This document shows, piece after piece, positions 20,286 through 30,112 of a stretch of DNA of 64,000 nucleotides (position 1 is the stretch's first letter; every line of letters begins with the position of its first letter). The stretch covers positions 64,001 to 128,000 of the forward strand of contig CAVTHK010000011.1 in the NCBI GenBank assembly GCA_963734495.1, given 5' to 3'. This DNA comes from an uncultured Spirochaetota bacterium. GTDB lineage: Bacteria > Spirochaetota > Spirochaetia > SZUA-6 > CAVTHK01. The position numbers and the translations under genes were made by a program. Under the pieces are notes generated by a model. The model saw only the letters and a list, made by a program, of their open reading frames with translations. It ran no database searches and was not told where the DNA came from.

Positions 20286-22205
20286 CTATCCCTCGTGCAC
20301 CGCGGTGCGTGTCGCCGTCCGCTGGGTCGCCAGGGAGACCAGCACGAGCACCACGAAGCTGAACGGGATCGAGATGATCCCAGGGTTCGCCAGTGGTATC
20401 GGCGCCTTGAGCGGGTCCAGGCCGTAGAGGCTGTACATCGTCGGCGAAAAGAGAATGAGCCCGATCGAGGAGGCGATTCCGGCGATGATGGAGGCCGTGA
20501 TGCCGGCGGCCGTCGCTTTCTTCCAGAACAGCATCATGATGATCGCCGGCAGGTTTGCCGAAGCGGCCACGGCAAAGGCGAGCCCCACCAGGAACGAGAC
20601 GTTCACGCCCTTGAAGATGATCCCGAGGACGATGGCGACGAACCCGACGGCGAAGGCAACGACCTTGCCGACGAATACCTTCTGCTTGTCACTGGAGATC
20701 AGCCCTCCGAACCGGTCCAGAAGGTCGTGGGCCACCGCGCCCGAGGCCGCAATGATGAGCCCGCTCACCGTGCCCAGAACGGTCGCGAAGGCGATCGCCG
20801 AGATCATGGAAAAGAGAAAGGTTCCAAACGTGCGGGCCAGCAGCGGTGCCGACATGTTGTCGTCCAGCAGGTTGACCACGCCCCCTGTCATCGCGCCGAG
20901 TCCCATGAAGAGCGTGAGCACGTAGAACAGGCCGATGGCGGCGATCGCCACGATGGTCGACTTGCGCGCCGCCGCGGCGCTGGGCACCGTGTAGTAGCGG
21001 ATCAGGATGTGCGGCAGAGCGGCCGTGCCCAGGAAGAGAGCGATCATGAGCGAGGCGAAGTCGATCCGCTGCAACGGCGTGCCGTCGACGCGGAAACGGA
21101 GCCCGGGGCGGAGGATCCGGCTCCCTTCGGTGAGAACCGGATAGTAGACAGTCACCTTGTCCTGGCCGTCCGCGAACCGTGTCGACTTCCACAGTCTCAC
21201 CTTGCTCTGGCGATCGCCGATGAGGCTGAGGAACTTGAAGGGTCCTATCGGGCCGGTCCTCACCTCGGGTCCGGTCTTTCCCGCGATCGCTTCCATGTTC
21301 CCGACCAGGGCAAGCTGATTGTCGCGAGAGGCCGGAGCCCCGTTGATGACGTCCGGCTGCCCGGGCCGCGTTACCACCGACTGAGTCTCCTGCAGGCGGA
21401 CGGTGCCTTCCGCCTTTTCGACCTTCCACCAGGTCGACGTGCCGTCGCGCAGGAGCCTGGCGAACCGCAGGCCTCCGGCATCGACGACGGCGGCCACGCT
21501 GTAACGGGGGTCCTCCGCGGCAAGCGTCCCGCCGGTCTCCGCGGCGTTCAGGGTTGCGTACTGCTTGAACGGCACGCGGCCCCCCTGGTCGGGCGTCGTC
21601 GAGAGCCCGCGCAGGCTCACCGCCGCCACCAGGACCAGGGAGAACACGATCAGGAGGGTCCCCTTGATGAACTGCACGTAGGTCGTGGAGGTCATGCCGG
21701 CCGTAGCCACGATGGTGACGACGATGAAACCGACCATGATGACCCCTGCGTAATGCGGCAGGCCGAGCAGCGGGGTCACAAGAACGCCGGCGCCCACCAT
21801 CTGGGGAATGAGGTAGCACAGCGAGACGAGCAGCGTGCTGATGGCGGCCGCGAGCTTGATGCCCTTGTTGTCGAACTTGGCGTCCAGCGCATCGGTGAAC
21901 GTGTACTTGCCGAGCCGCTTGAGCGGCTCAGCCACGACGAAGAGCGCCACGATCCAGCCGGCGAGGTAGCCGATGGAATAGAGGAAGCCGTCGTACCCCG
22001 CTGTGGCGATCATGCCGCAGATCCCCAGAAAGGAGGCCGCTGAGAGGTAGTCCCCCGCGAAGGCCACGCCGTTTACCGACCAGTGGATCCGGCTTCCGGC
22101 CGCATAGTAGCCGCTCGCTGACCTCGCACGCCCCGCGAAGTAGAAGGAGATGGCCAGCACCAGGGCGACAAAGAGCACAAAGAGAGCAACGGGAAGGATG
22201 CCCAT
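20286..22205 (-). CDS. actP: Cation/acetate (monocarboxylate) symporter, SSS family
   Basis: AGDYLSAASFLG, YLIPQMVGAG, GTAALPHILIRYYTVP, AFATVLGTVSGL, AASANLP; large hydrophilic insertion in the middle. Confidence 0.88.
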   Translation of the reverse strand: MGILPVALFVLFVALVLAISFYFAGRARSASGYYAAGSRIHWSVNGVAFAGDYLSAASFLGICGMIATAGYDGFLYSIGYLAGWIVALFVVAEPLKRLGKYTFTDALDAKFDNKGIKLAAAISTLLVSLCYLIPQMVGAGVLVTPLLGLPHYAGVIMVGFIVVTIVATAGMTSTTYVQFIKGTLLIVFSLVLVAAVSLRGLSTTPDQGGRVPFKQYATLNAAETGGTLAAEDPRYSVAAVVDAGGLRFARLLRDGTSTWWKVEKAEGTVRLQETQSVVTRPGQPDVINGAPASRDNQLALVGNMEAIAGKTGPEVRTGPIGPFKFLSLIGDRQSKVRLWKSTRFADGQDKVTVYYPVLTEGSRILRPGLRFRVDGTPLQRIDFASLMIALFLGTAALPHILIRYYTVPSAAAARKSTIVAIAAIGLFYVLTLFMGLGAMTGGVVNLLDDNMSAPLLARTFGTFLFSMISAIAFATVLGTVSGLIIAASGAVAHDLLDRFGGLISSDKQKVFVGKVVAFAVGFVAIVLGIIFKGVNVSFLVGLAFAVAASANLPAIIMMLFWKKATAAGITASIIAGIASSIGLILFSPTMYSLYGLDPLKAPIPLANPGIISIPFSFVVLVLVSLATQRTATRTAVHEG

Positions 22206-22491
22206 CTATCGGCCCTCCTTGTTGTCGGCAAGCTCCGCCTCTTTGCGGCTGCACGCGCGGTTGTAGAAGTAGGGCCAGGACCAAGGCGAGGACGATGAGC
22301 CCCATCCCGTACACGACGGCCAGGTTCAGCCCTGCGACGACCGTCACGCCCATGAGCGAAGGATCGATCAGATTGATGGCGACGAATCCCGCGTACACGG
22401 TGCAGTAGATCACGAACATGATCACGCCCAGACGCCTCTTGAATGCGAACGCGGGGTCCCTGCCGGCGGATGCGGCTGGCTGGTGCAACAT
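22206..22491 (-). CDS. DUF485 (YjcH-like) small membrane partner of ActP, +1 frameshift near 22270
   Basis: RLGVIMFVIYCTVYAGFVAIN...GLNLAVVYGMGLI, resuming as FYNRACSRKEAELADNKEGR*; the stop abuts the actP ATG. Confidence 0.8.
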
Positions 22492-22629
22492 GCGACGACC
22501 TTCCTTTTCTCTGTCGTTGTGGCTGTTTATCTCATTCCTGCACTCAGAAAGCAAGCAACTCCCCGCCCGCCCCCGCCGGCCGGCGCGGCTTGGAGAAGGC
22601 GGGCGAACGGGATACGATGGACCAGGCCG

Positions 22630-25600
22630 ATGAGCGAAGAAATCTGCGTGGGCCTTCACTGCCATTCCAACCTCAGCGACGGAAGCCTCACGCCCGAACA
22701 GCTTGCCGAGCTTGTCGCGTCGCACGGCGCCCGGTACGCGGCCCTCACGGATCATGACACCGTCGCGGGATCCCGTCGTTTCCGACAGGCTCTTTCGCGC
22801 CTGGGCGTCGGCTGCGTCGACGCGGCCGAAATCACGACCGCCTCGCCCTGGGGTGAGATCCATCTGCTGGCCTACGGCGTGCGCGTCGACGACGAGAATC
22901 TTCTGGCCCTGCTCGAGGCGACTCGCCGGCGCACAGATCCCGGCGTGCAGGGCCTGGTCGATTCCCTCCGGCGCTTCGGCTCCCGGGCGGATCCTCCGCA
23001 TCCGCAAACGGCCGGCCCCGCCGAGGTGATTGCCGCGATCCACGCGGCCGGCGGCGCGGCCTTTCTCGCTCACCCGCTCTCCTACGCCTTTGACGCGGGT
23101 TCCCTCGAGCCGATCATCGCCGAGCTCGCGGCTGCCGGGCTGGACGGACTGGAGGCGATCTACCCGGGGTATGCCCCGCAGAATGTAGAGAGGCTGCTGG
23201 ACCTCGGCCGGAAGTACGCCCTCGCGATCAGCGCGGGAAGCGACTACCACGGCCCGGGCATGGCCGGTCCGGTCTCGCCCTGCGTTACCATGGACAGGCA
23301 GCGTTGGGAGGCGTTGCGGGATCATATCCTGCGCGTGGCTCCTCAGGGCCGGGGCGGGGGCGACGGCGCGCCGATTCCGCTGCCGGTTGCCAGTCGAGTG
23401 CGCCTGGGCGGATCTGCAGCCCGTGTCATCTTCCCCGCCGTCCTCGCGATCGTCCTCTTTCTCGTGACGATCTTTGCGGTGCTCATCCCGAGCTTTGAGC
23501 GCGTTCTCATGGAGAAGAAGAAGGACCTGATCCACGAGCTGACCAATTCCGCTGTGAGCGTCCTCGCGGAGTTTGCCGCCGACGAGCGGGCCGGCTCCCT
23601 GACGCGCGAGCAGGCACAGAGCGCCGCGGCTGCCCGCATTCGGGATCTCCGCTACGGCAAGGAGGGCAAGGACTACTTCTGGATCACCGACACGCATCCC
23701 ACGATGATCGTTCACCCCTACCGCCGGGAGCTGGAAGGCACGGACGTCTCGGGGTACATGGACGCCAACGGCGTGCGGGTCTTCGTGGAATTCATCAAGG
23801 CGGTCCGGGAAAAGGACGAGGGCTACGTCGAGTATCTGTGGCAGTGGAAGGACGACGCGCACCGCATCGTGCCCAAGCTGTCATTCGTCAAACGCTTCGC
23901 CCCCTGGGACTGGGTGGTGGGCACCGGCGTCTATCTCGACGACGTGAACTCCGAGATCACGGGGATCGCGGGCCGCTTTATCGGGCTGGAGGCGGCGGTT
24001 TCCGTCGTGCTGTCCCTTCTTCTGGTCTTCATCGCGCACCAGAGCCTGGCCGCCGAGCGGCGTCGCCGGGTCGCAGAGTCCAGCCTGCGGGAATCTCACG
24101 AGAAGTACCGGGCGCTGGTGGAGGCGTCGACCGAGGGGATGCTCATCGTGGTCGGCGGCGCCTGCACTTACGCCAACAGGACGCTGCAGGACATGCTTGG
24201 TTTTACCGAGGCGGAGATCTCGCTCCTCGGGGTCGCCGACCTGATCCGGGCCCGCGAGGGAGACGACGCGGCCCGGCGCGCGTTTCTCGACTCGCTCTCC
24301 GGCGATCCCGCGCGATCAGCGGCGCCTGCCGGCGAGTTCCCGCTGGCGGGCCGCGACGGGCGGACGGTGGATGCGCTGCTCACGGCCTCCCGATTCGACG
24401 TGGCCGGCCGGGACAGCGCGATTATCACAGTAAAGGATCTGGCGGCACGGCGGAGGGCCGAGGCGGCCGCCGACTCCGTCGGCCTGTCCGACGCCCTGTG
24501 GAAGGGCGTCGCGATCGGGATCTTCAGGGCAACCTGGGGCCGCAGAGCGTTCCTGCTGGCCTGCAACCCCGCGGCGCGCGAGATCCTCGGCCTTTCCGGA
24601 GACACCGACATCACGCAGGTCAACCTCTTCAGCCTGCTGGCCGATCAACGCGAGGGGGAAAAGCTCTACAGCGACCTCTCCGAGGGCATCGCCTTGCGCG
24701 AGCGCGAGGTTCGCCTGCAGGGGCTCGACCGCCGCGAGCGTGTCGTCCTCCTTTCCGCGGCGGTGGAGTCGGACGCCGACAGCGGCGAAACGCGCTGCCT
24801 CGACGGCGTCCTGCAGGACGTGACCGAGCTCACGCGACGCCGCCAGAGAAGCGAGGAGCTCATGGCGGAGCTTGAGACTTCATCGCTGCTCCTGCTGGAC
24901 TCAGTGGAGAGATATTCAACGCCCGCCGCGACCTGCGATATGAACACCCCGATCCGGACGGCAGCGGGGCGCATGAGCCGGACCCGCCAGGACGCCCTGG
25001 TGGTGCTGACCCCGGCCGGGGATCCTGTCGGGATCGTGACGGATCGCGACATGCGAGAGCGCGTCGTGGCCGCCCAACTGGATCCGCAGCGACCGGTGCG
25101 CGAGATCATGAGCTCGCCCCTGGTCACGACGCGCCAGAGCTCGCCGGTCTACGAGGCGATTCTCCTGATGCGCGAGCGGGGCATCGCGCATCTGGCGGTC
25201 AAGGACCCGGAGGGCCGGGTGGTCGCCGTGACGCGGGGGATGGACCTGTTGCGGATGCAGCGTCAATCCCCGGCCATGATTCGTCAGGAGATCCGGGCTG
25301 CCGGCTCCGTCGAGGATCTCACGGAGTGCCGGTCCAGAGTGGCGGACCTGGTGCGGGGTCTGGTTGCGGGCGGCGCGCGACCGCGATCCGCCGTTCGGGT
25401 CTTCTCCATGGCCTCCGACCTGATCGTCGAGCGCCTCGTCGACTTTGCCGTTCGCGAGCTCGGCGACCCTCCCGCCGCTTTCGCCTTTGTGGCCATAGGC
25501 AGCGAGGGACGCCGGGAGCAGACTCCAGCCTCGGACCAGGACAACGCGATCGTCTACGCGGACGCGGCCGACGCGGAGAAGGCCCGCCGCTACTTCGTGT

Positions 25601-26253
25601 CCCTTGGCGAAAGCGTCTGCCGGCGGCTGAATGAGGTAGGGGTCCCTTACTGCCAGGGCGGTATCATGGCCATGAATCCCGAATGGTGCGTTCCCCTTGA
25701 GAAGTGGCGAGGCTATTTTGCCCGCTGGATCCGGGAGCCGGAGCCCGAGCAGGTCTTGCGCTTCAACATCTTCTTCGACCTCCGGTGCACGACGGGGAAC
25801 GGCGAGCTCGTCGAGGCGCTGCTCCGAACCGCGCGGGACCTCGTCGCGGCGACGCCTTCGTTTCTTCTCCATCTGGCGCAGGACTCACTCGGGAAGCGGG
25901 TGCCCGCCAACCGTAAGGCGGGCGACATCGATCTCAAAGAGGCAATGTCGCTCGTTGTCAATTTTGCGCGGGTCTACAGTCTGCGTCACGGCGTCGACGC
26001 CACCAACACGCTCGAACGACTGGACGATCTGCGCGACGCCCGGGTTCTCAGCCGCTCTTCGCACGCGAACATCACTCAGGCCTACGAGCTCCTGATGCGT
26101 CTGCGGCTCGGGCTCGATTCGTTGACGCACAGGGCTGCCGTCGACCCGGCTTCGCTGCCGCGCGATCAGCAGGCGCTGCTACGGGACGCCGTGGCGGAAC
26201 TGCCGGTGCTCCAGAAGAAGATGGCCTTTGATTTCCTCGGCCAGGCGCTGTAG
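22630..26253 (+). CDS. Membrane sensor-enzyme fusion: PHP - TM - Cache_2 - TM - PAS - PAS - CBS pair - DUF294 nucleotidyltransferase - DUF294_C
   Basis: LHCHSNLSDG/TDHD/AHP/GSDYHG; YFWITD...HP...PKLSFVKRFAPWDWVVGTGVY; YANRTLQDMLG; ACNPAAREILG; GIVTDRD...IMSSPL; GSEGRREQTPASDQDN; IDLK...NTLERL. Confidence 0.85.
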   Translation: MSEEICVGLHCHSNLSDGSLTPEQLAELVASHGARYAALTDHDTVAGSRRFRQALSRLGVGCVDAAEITTASPWGEIHLLAYGVRVDDENLLALLEATRRRTDPGVQGLVDSLRRFGSRADPPHPQTAGPAEVIAAIHAAGGAAFLAHPLSYAFDAGSLEPIIAELAAAGLDGLEAIYPGYAPQNVERLLDLGRKYALAISAGSDYHGPGMAGPVSPCVTMDRQRWEALRDHILRVAPQGRGGGDGAPIPLPVASRVRLGGSAARVIFPAVLAIVLFLVTIFAVLIPSFERVLMEKKKDLIHELTNSAVSVLAEFAADERAGSLTREQAQSAAAARIRDLRYGKEGKDYFWITDTHPTMIVHPYRRELEGTDVSGYMDANGVRVFVEFIKAVREKDEGYVEYLWQWKDDAHRIVPKLSFVKRFAPWDWVVGTGVYLDDVNSEITGIAGRFIGLEAAVSVVLSLLLVFIAHQSLAAERRRRVAESSLRESHEKYRALVEASTEGMLIVVGGACTYANRTLQDMLGFTEAEISLLGVADLIRAREGDDAARRAFLDSLSGDPARSAAPAGEFPLAGRDGRTVDALLTASRFDVAGRDSAIITVKDLAARRRAEAAADSVGLSDALWKGVAIGIFRATWGRRAFLLACNPAAREILGLSGDTDITQVNLFSLLADQREGEKLYSDLSEGIALREREVRLQGLDRRERVVLLSAAVESDADSGETRCLDGVLQDVTELTRRRQRSEELMAELETSSLLLLDSVERYSTPAATCDMNTPIRTAAGRMSRTRQDALVVLTPAGDPVGIVTDRDMRERVVAAQLDPQRPVREIMSSPLVTTRQSSPVYEAILLMRERGIAHLAVKDPEGRVVAVTRGMDLLRMQRQSPAMIRQEIRAAGSVEDLTECRSRVADLVRGLVAGGARPRSAVRVFSMASDLIVERLVDFAVRELGDPPAAFAFVAIGSEGRREQTPASDQDNAIVYADAADAEKARRYFVSLGESVCRRLNEVGVPYCQGGIMAMNPEWCVPLEKWRGYFARWIREPEPEQVLRFNIFFDLRCTTGNGELVEALLRTARDLVAATPSFLLHLAQDSLGKRVPANRKAGDIDLKEAMSLVVNFARVYSLRHGVDATNTLERLDDLRDARVLSRSSHANITQAYELLMRLRLGLDSLTHRAAVDPASLPRDQQALLRDAVAELPVLQKKMAFDFLGQAL

Positions 26254-26274
26254 GCCCCTGCGCCGAGGCGGGCG

Positions 26275-27594
26275 TCACGAGCGGCGGAAGATCCTGGCGA
26301 GCAGGCCGCGGGGCGGCGCGATGCCGAAGAATCCGGAGATCTGGTTGGCGAGCTCCCGGCGCAGGATCTGGAAGGAGAAGTGCTTGCGCGCGAGCTCGAA
26401 GTTCTTGTCCGTCATCTCCTTCCTGCGCCGGGGATCGGTGAGGACCCTACTGACCTCCTTGACCGCGGCGTCCGTGACGTAGCCGTCGATCGCGATCACG
26501 TCGAAGCCCTTGGGCTCGATGTCCACGATGAAGACAGAGTAGCGGTTGACCAGGATCGGTTTGCGGAAATACACTGCTTCGAGAAACGCGTTGCCGAACC
26601 CTTCGTAAATGCTCGGGTAGGTGATCAGGTCCGCGTGCGGGTAGACGTCCCACAGCGAGTACCCGCCTGCTTCTCCCCGCGCCTCCTCGTTGAGCCTGTT
26701 GTGGATAAAGTGCAGCGGCACTCCCTGACGCAGGCCCCAGTTCCTCACCCAGTCGGCGTACTCCGGGCCTTCGTCGTCCATGGTGTGCGAGACGACGAGC
26801 TTCGCGTTGGGCATGTTGAGCAGCTCCACCAGGTAGATGGCCTGCTCGATGCCCTTGCGGAACACGACCCTCGTCGGCTGGAGGATGATGACGTCGTCCT
26901 CCTTGAAACCCATGTCCGAGCGGAAACGACGGCCGTCGCGCGGGCGGGGGGCCTTCTTCTCGAAGTCCATGACGTTGTAGATGAGGCGCGCGGCGATATT
27001 CCTGCGGGCCGCAAGCTCCGTCTGCGCCACGGAGTTGATCACGACGTGGCTGATCGTGGGGAGGTCGGGAGGAAACGCGGCGGCGAGGATGTCCTGGCAG
27101 GCGCTGCTCAGGAAGCGAGTCCGCTCCCAGAAGAAGTCGTGGTGGTGGGCGATGGTCGGGATTCCGGTCTCGGCGATGAGCTCCGTGAGCGCGACGCCCA
27201 GGGGGACGTGCATGGGGATCGCGAGGGCGTTCTCCACGACGAGCAGGTCGATGCCGAACTTCTCGACGAACTCGTACAGCCGGTCCTTGAGCTGCTCCTT
27301 GAGCCCGTGCAAGGCGTCGGTGGTCTTGCGCGTCCTCCGCTGGCCCGAGAACAGCGTCTTCGTGAGCTCGAGCACGGCGGGATGGCCGAAAAAGGCCTCG
27401 GGCACGAGGAGGCTCGCCGCGGGGTCGCGGTCCAGCTCCCCGGCGAACCAGAAGCACTTGTGGCCGAGCTCCCTGAAGACCGAGGCCCACTTGGACGCCT
27501 CGAGCGAGACCCCGTCGAGGCCGCGGAAGCGGGTCGAGACGAAGCCGACACGGAGCGACGCGTCGCGGCGGCCGCCCGAAGCGCCCGGCTTCAC
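26275..27594 (-). CDS. GT4 glycosyltransferase, mannosylglucosylglycerate synthase-like
   Basis: DGVSLEASKW, HHHDFFWER, QPTRVVFRKGIE, YPSIYEGFGNAFLEA; GTGA overlap with the upstream gene. Confidence 0.8.
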   Translation of the reverse strand: MKPGASGGRRDASLRVGFVSTRFRGLDGVSLEASKWASVFRELGHKCFWFAGELDRDPAASLLVPEAFFGHPAVLELTKTLFSGQRRTRKTTDALHGLKEQLKDRLYEFVEKFGIDLLVVENALAIPMHVPLGVALTELIAETGIPTIAHHHDFFWERTRFLSSACQDILAAAFPPDLPTISHVVINSVAQTELAARRNIAARLIYNVMDFEKKAPRPRDGRRFRSDMGFKEDDVIILQPTRVVFRKGIEQAIYLVELLNMPNAKLVVSHTMDDEGPEYADWVRNWGLRQGVPLHFIHNRLNEEARGEAGGYSLWDVYPHADLITYPSIYEGFGNAFLEAVYFRKPILVNRYSVFIVDIEPKGFDVIAIDGYVTDAAVKEVSRVLTDPRRRKEMTDKNFELARKHFSFQILRRELANQISGFFGIAPPRGLLARIFRRS

Positions 27595-29258
27595 GGAGCG
27601 TCCCCCAGCCACGCCGTCTGGCGCGGGGCCAGGCGGCGCGGCGCGGACCCGCCGCGGATCAGCTCGATCGCGCCGCGCGCACCCGGCAGGCGCTTCAGGT
27701 CGACCGAAACGCCGCGGTCCGAAACGTTCTGCAGGCAGAGCACCTGCCGGCCGTCCGGCGCCGTGCGCTCCACTGCGAACAAGGCGTCGCCCGCGTCGAG
27801 CACGCGGTGGGCCGTGCCGGGGGCGAACGCCGGGTGCGCGGCTCGCACTTCCAGCAGCCGTTTCACCCGCGCGAACACCCGCGCGCGCCGCGAGCGCGGA
27901 TCGGCGAGCTCCGCTTCGAGCGCCGCGAGCTCGAGCCGCTGCCTGTTGATCGCGCGGTTGCTGCCGCTGCGCTCGGCGCCCTCGCGCCAGCCCGTCGAGC
28001 CGAACATGCTGTGGAACCAGATGCCCGGCACGCCGGGAAGCGCCAGCGCGATCGCGTGCGCGCCGACCAGCCGGTCGACCCAGGCTTCGACGGGCTCGCG
28101 CGGATCGGTCAGCGCGTCGCCGTAGTTGATGTTCAGCTCATAGGGGCTCGCGCTGCCGTCGCTGCCGGTCCGGTAGGAGACCAGGCCTCCGTGCGCCAGG
28201 GCGCGGTCCACGAGAGCAGCCGCCTCGGCGTCGGTGAGGAGGCCGCGCGCGGCGTTCAACCCGATCCCGTCGTGCGACGCGAGGAAGTTGAAAAACGTCG
28301 TCCGCGGCGACGGGGAGGCGAGCGCCGCGGCCCACCGCGAAAGGGCCGCAGCGCTTCCGGCATGAAACGAGTGCAGCACCAGCGGCGGCAGCGCGAAGTT
28401 GTAGACCATCTGCGCCTCGTTCGCGCCGTCGCCGAAGTAGGAGACGTTTTCCTCGTGCGCCACGTTGGTCTCGGTCACCAGAGCGACGTGGGGCGCGGCG
28501 CGGTCGAGCACCGAGCGGTAGAGCTGGATGACGCGGTGCGTCTCCGGCAGGTGCACGCACGAGGTGCCCATCCGCTTCCAGAGGTAGGCGATCGCATCGA
28601 GCCGGATGATCCCGGCGCCGCGCGAAGCGTAGGAGAGCAGCGTATCGATCGTCTCCAGCAGCACCTCGGGGCGGGCGAAGTTCAGGTCGACCTGGTCGTC
28701 GGAGAACGTGGTCCACACGAGCCTCTCGCCGGCGGGCGTCGCGAACCTCGTGAGCAGCGGCAGCGTGCGCGGCCGCGTCACCATCGACAGGTCGGTCCCT
28801 TCCGCAACGGTGATGAACCAGTCGCGGTACCTCGGGTCGTCGTCGAGGAAACCCCTGAACCAGGCGCTGCGTACCGACACGTGGTTGAACACCGCGTCGA
28901 GCATGAGGCGGAATGTCCGTCCGAGGCGCGCCACGTCGTCCCAGCTCCCGAGCGCCGGGTCGACCGCGCGGTAGTCGATCACCGAGAAGCCGTCGTCCGA
29001 CGACGAGGGGTAGAAGGGGAGGATATGGACAAAGGTGAAGGTCCCCGCCAGGCGGCGCTCGCAGAAGCGGCCGAGAGCGGCCAGCGGCGGTGAGCCCGCC
29101 TCGCGCACCATGTCCGCGTACGTGATGAGCACGGCGTCGCGTTCGGTAAAGCCGCCCGCGGGCTGCTCAGGCATCCGGCCGCGCCACGCCTCGATCAGCC
29201 GCTCGATGCGCGCGTCGGTCTCGCGGCCCGACTGCTCGCCGTAGAGAAGCTCGGTCAT
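27591..29258 (-). CDS. GH13_18 sugar phosphorylase (glucosylglycerate phosphorylase/YcjM-like)
   Basis: LITYAD, HILPFYPSSSDDGFSVIDY, WTTFSDDQVDLN, RLDAIAYLWK, TETNV, SHDGIG, YELN. Confidence 0.88.
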   Translation of the reverse strand: MTELLYGEQSGRETDARIERLIEAWRGRMPEQPAGGFTERDAVLITYADMVREAGSPPLAALGRFCERRLAGTFTFVHILPFYPSSSDDGFSVIDYRAVDPALGSWDDVARLGRTFRLMLDAVFNHVSVRSAWFRGFLDDDPRYRDWFITVAEGTDLSMVTRPRTLPLLTRFATPAGERLVWTTFSDDQVDLNFARPEVLLETIDTLLSYASRGAGIIRLDAIAYLWKRMGTSCVHLPETHRVIQLYRSVLDRAAPHVALVTETNVAHEENVSYFGDGANEAQMVYNFALPPLVLHSFHAGSAAALSRWAAALASPSPRTTFFNFLASHDGIGLNAARGLLTDAEAAALVDRALAHGGLVSYRTGSDGSASPYELNINYGDALTDPREPVEAWVDRLVGAHAIALALPGVPGIWFHSMFGSTGWREGAERSGSNRAINRQRLELAALEAELADPRSRRARVFARVKRLLEVRAAHPAFAPGTAHRVLDAGDALFAVERTAPDGRQVLCLQNVSDRGVSVDLKRLPGARGAIELIRGGSAPRRLAPRQTAWLGDAP

Positions 29259-30112
29259 CCCTTGACCCCTCCGGCGACGAGGCCCTTCTCCAGGTACTTC
29301 TCGAAGCTCAGGAACAACGCGACGATCGGGATCGTCATGATCGTGCTCGCGGCCATCACCACGTCCCAGCGCGTGTTCAGCTGCTCGGAGATCGACAGCA
29401 GCTTGATGGGCAGCGTGAAGTTCTCGCGCCGGTTCAGGAACACGAACGCGTAGAGGAACTCGTTCCACGCGATCATGAAGGTGTAGATCGTCACCGACAC
29501 CATGGCCGGGACCGAGAGCGGGATCGTGATGCGCACGATCACCTGCGGCCGGCTGCAGCCGTCGATGAGCCCGGCCTGCTCGATCTCGTCCGGAATGGTC
29601 TTGAAGTATCCTGACAGCATGTAGAGGGCGACCGGCAGCGTCTGCGCCATGTAGGTGAGCACCAGGACGGCGAGGTTGTCCTGCACCTCGACGGAGAACA
29701 GACCCCCGAGCTTTACCATCATCGCGAACAGCGGGATGATCAGCAGCACCCCGGGGAACAGGTACACGACCAGCACCAGGTTCATAAAGAGGCGCTTGCC
29801 GGGAAAGCGCAGGCGGGCCACGGCGTAGGAGCCCATCGTCGCGACGACGATCGCGATCAAAGCGGTGGTCGGGGCGACGACCGCGGTGTTCGCCAGGTTC
29901 CTCGCGAAGCCCATCTCCCTGAACAGGATCCGGTACGCGTCGAGGTGGATGCGGCTCGGGAAGAAGACCGGCGTGCGGCCAAAGAGCTCCATCAGGTTCT
30001 TGGTCGACGAGGTGACCATCCAGTAGAAGGGGAACACGATCACGGCGAGCGCCGCGGCGAGCGCCGCCCAGAACAGAGCACGGTTCCGGCGCGCCCTCGC
30101 CGCGGTCACCAT
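29255..30112 (-). CDS. Carbohydrate ABC permease
   Basis: FKTIPDEIEQAGLIDGC, AWNEFLYA, GLVAGGVKG. Confidence 0.9.
   Translation of the reverse strand: MVTAARARRNRALFWAALAAALAVIVFPFYWMVTSSTKNLMELFGRTPVFFPSRIHLDAYRILFREMGFARNLANTAVVAPTTALIAIVVATMGSYAVARLRFPGKRLFMNLVLVVYLFPGVLLIIPLFAMMVKLGGLFSVEVQDNLAVLVLTYMAQTLPVALYMLSGYFKTIPDEIEQAGLIDGCSRPQVIVRITIPLSVPAMVSVTIYTFMIAWNEFLYAFVFLNRRENFTLPIKLLSISEQLNTRWDVVMAASTIMTIPIVALFLSFEKYLEKGLVAGGVKG

Noticed and set aside
22540-22580. Possible sigma54 promoter upstream of DUF485-actP
   Set aside because: Only GG-N10-GC spacing in a G-rich tract, without the TGGCAC core.
21928-23862. 644-aa - strand ORF overlapping the sensor gene
   Set aside because: Only the DUF485 segment (22206-22491) is credible; the rest is antisense shadow.
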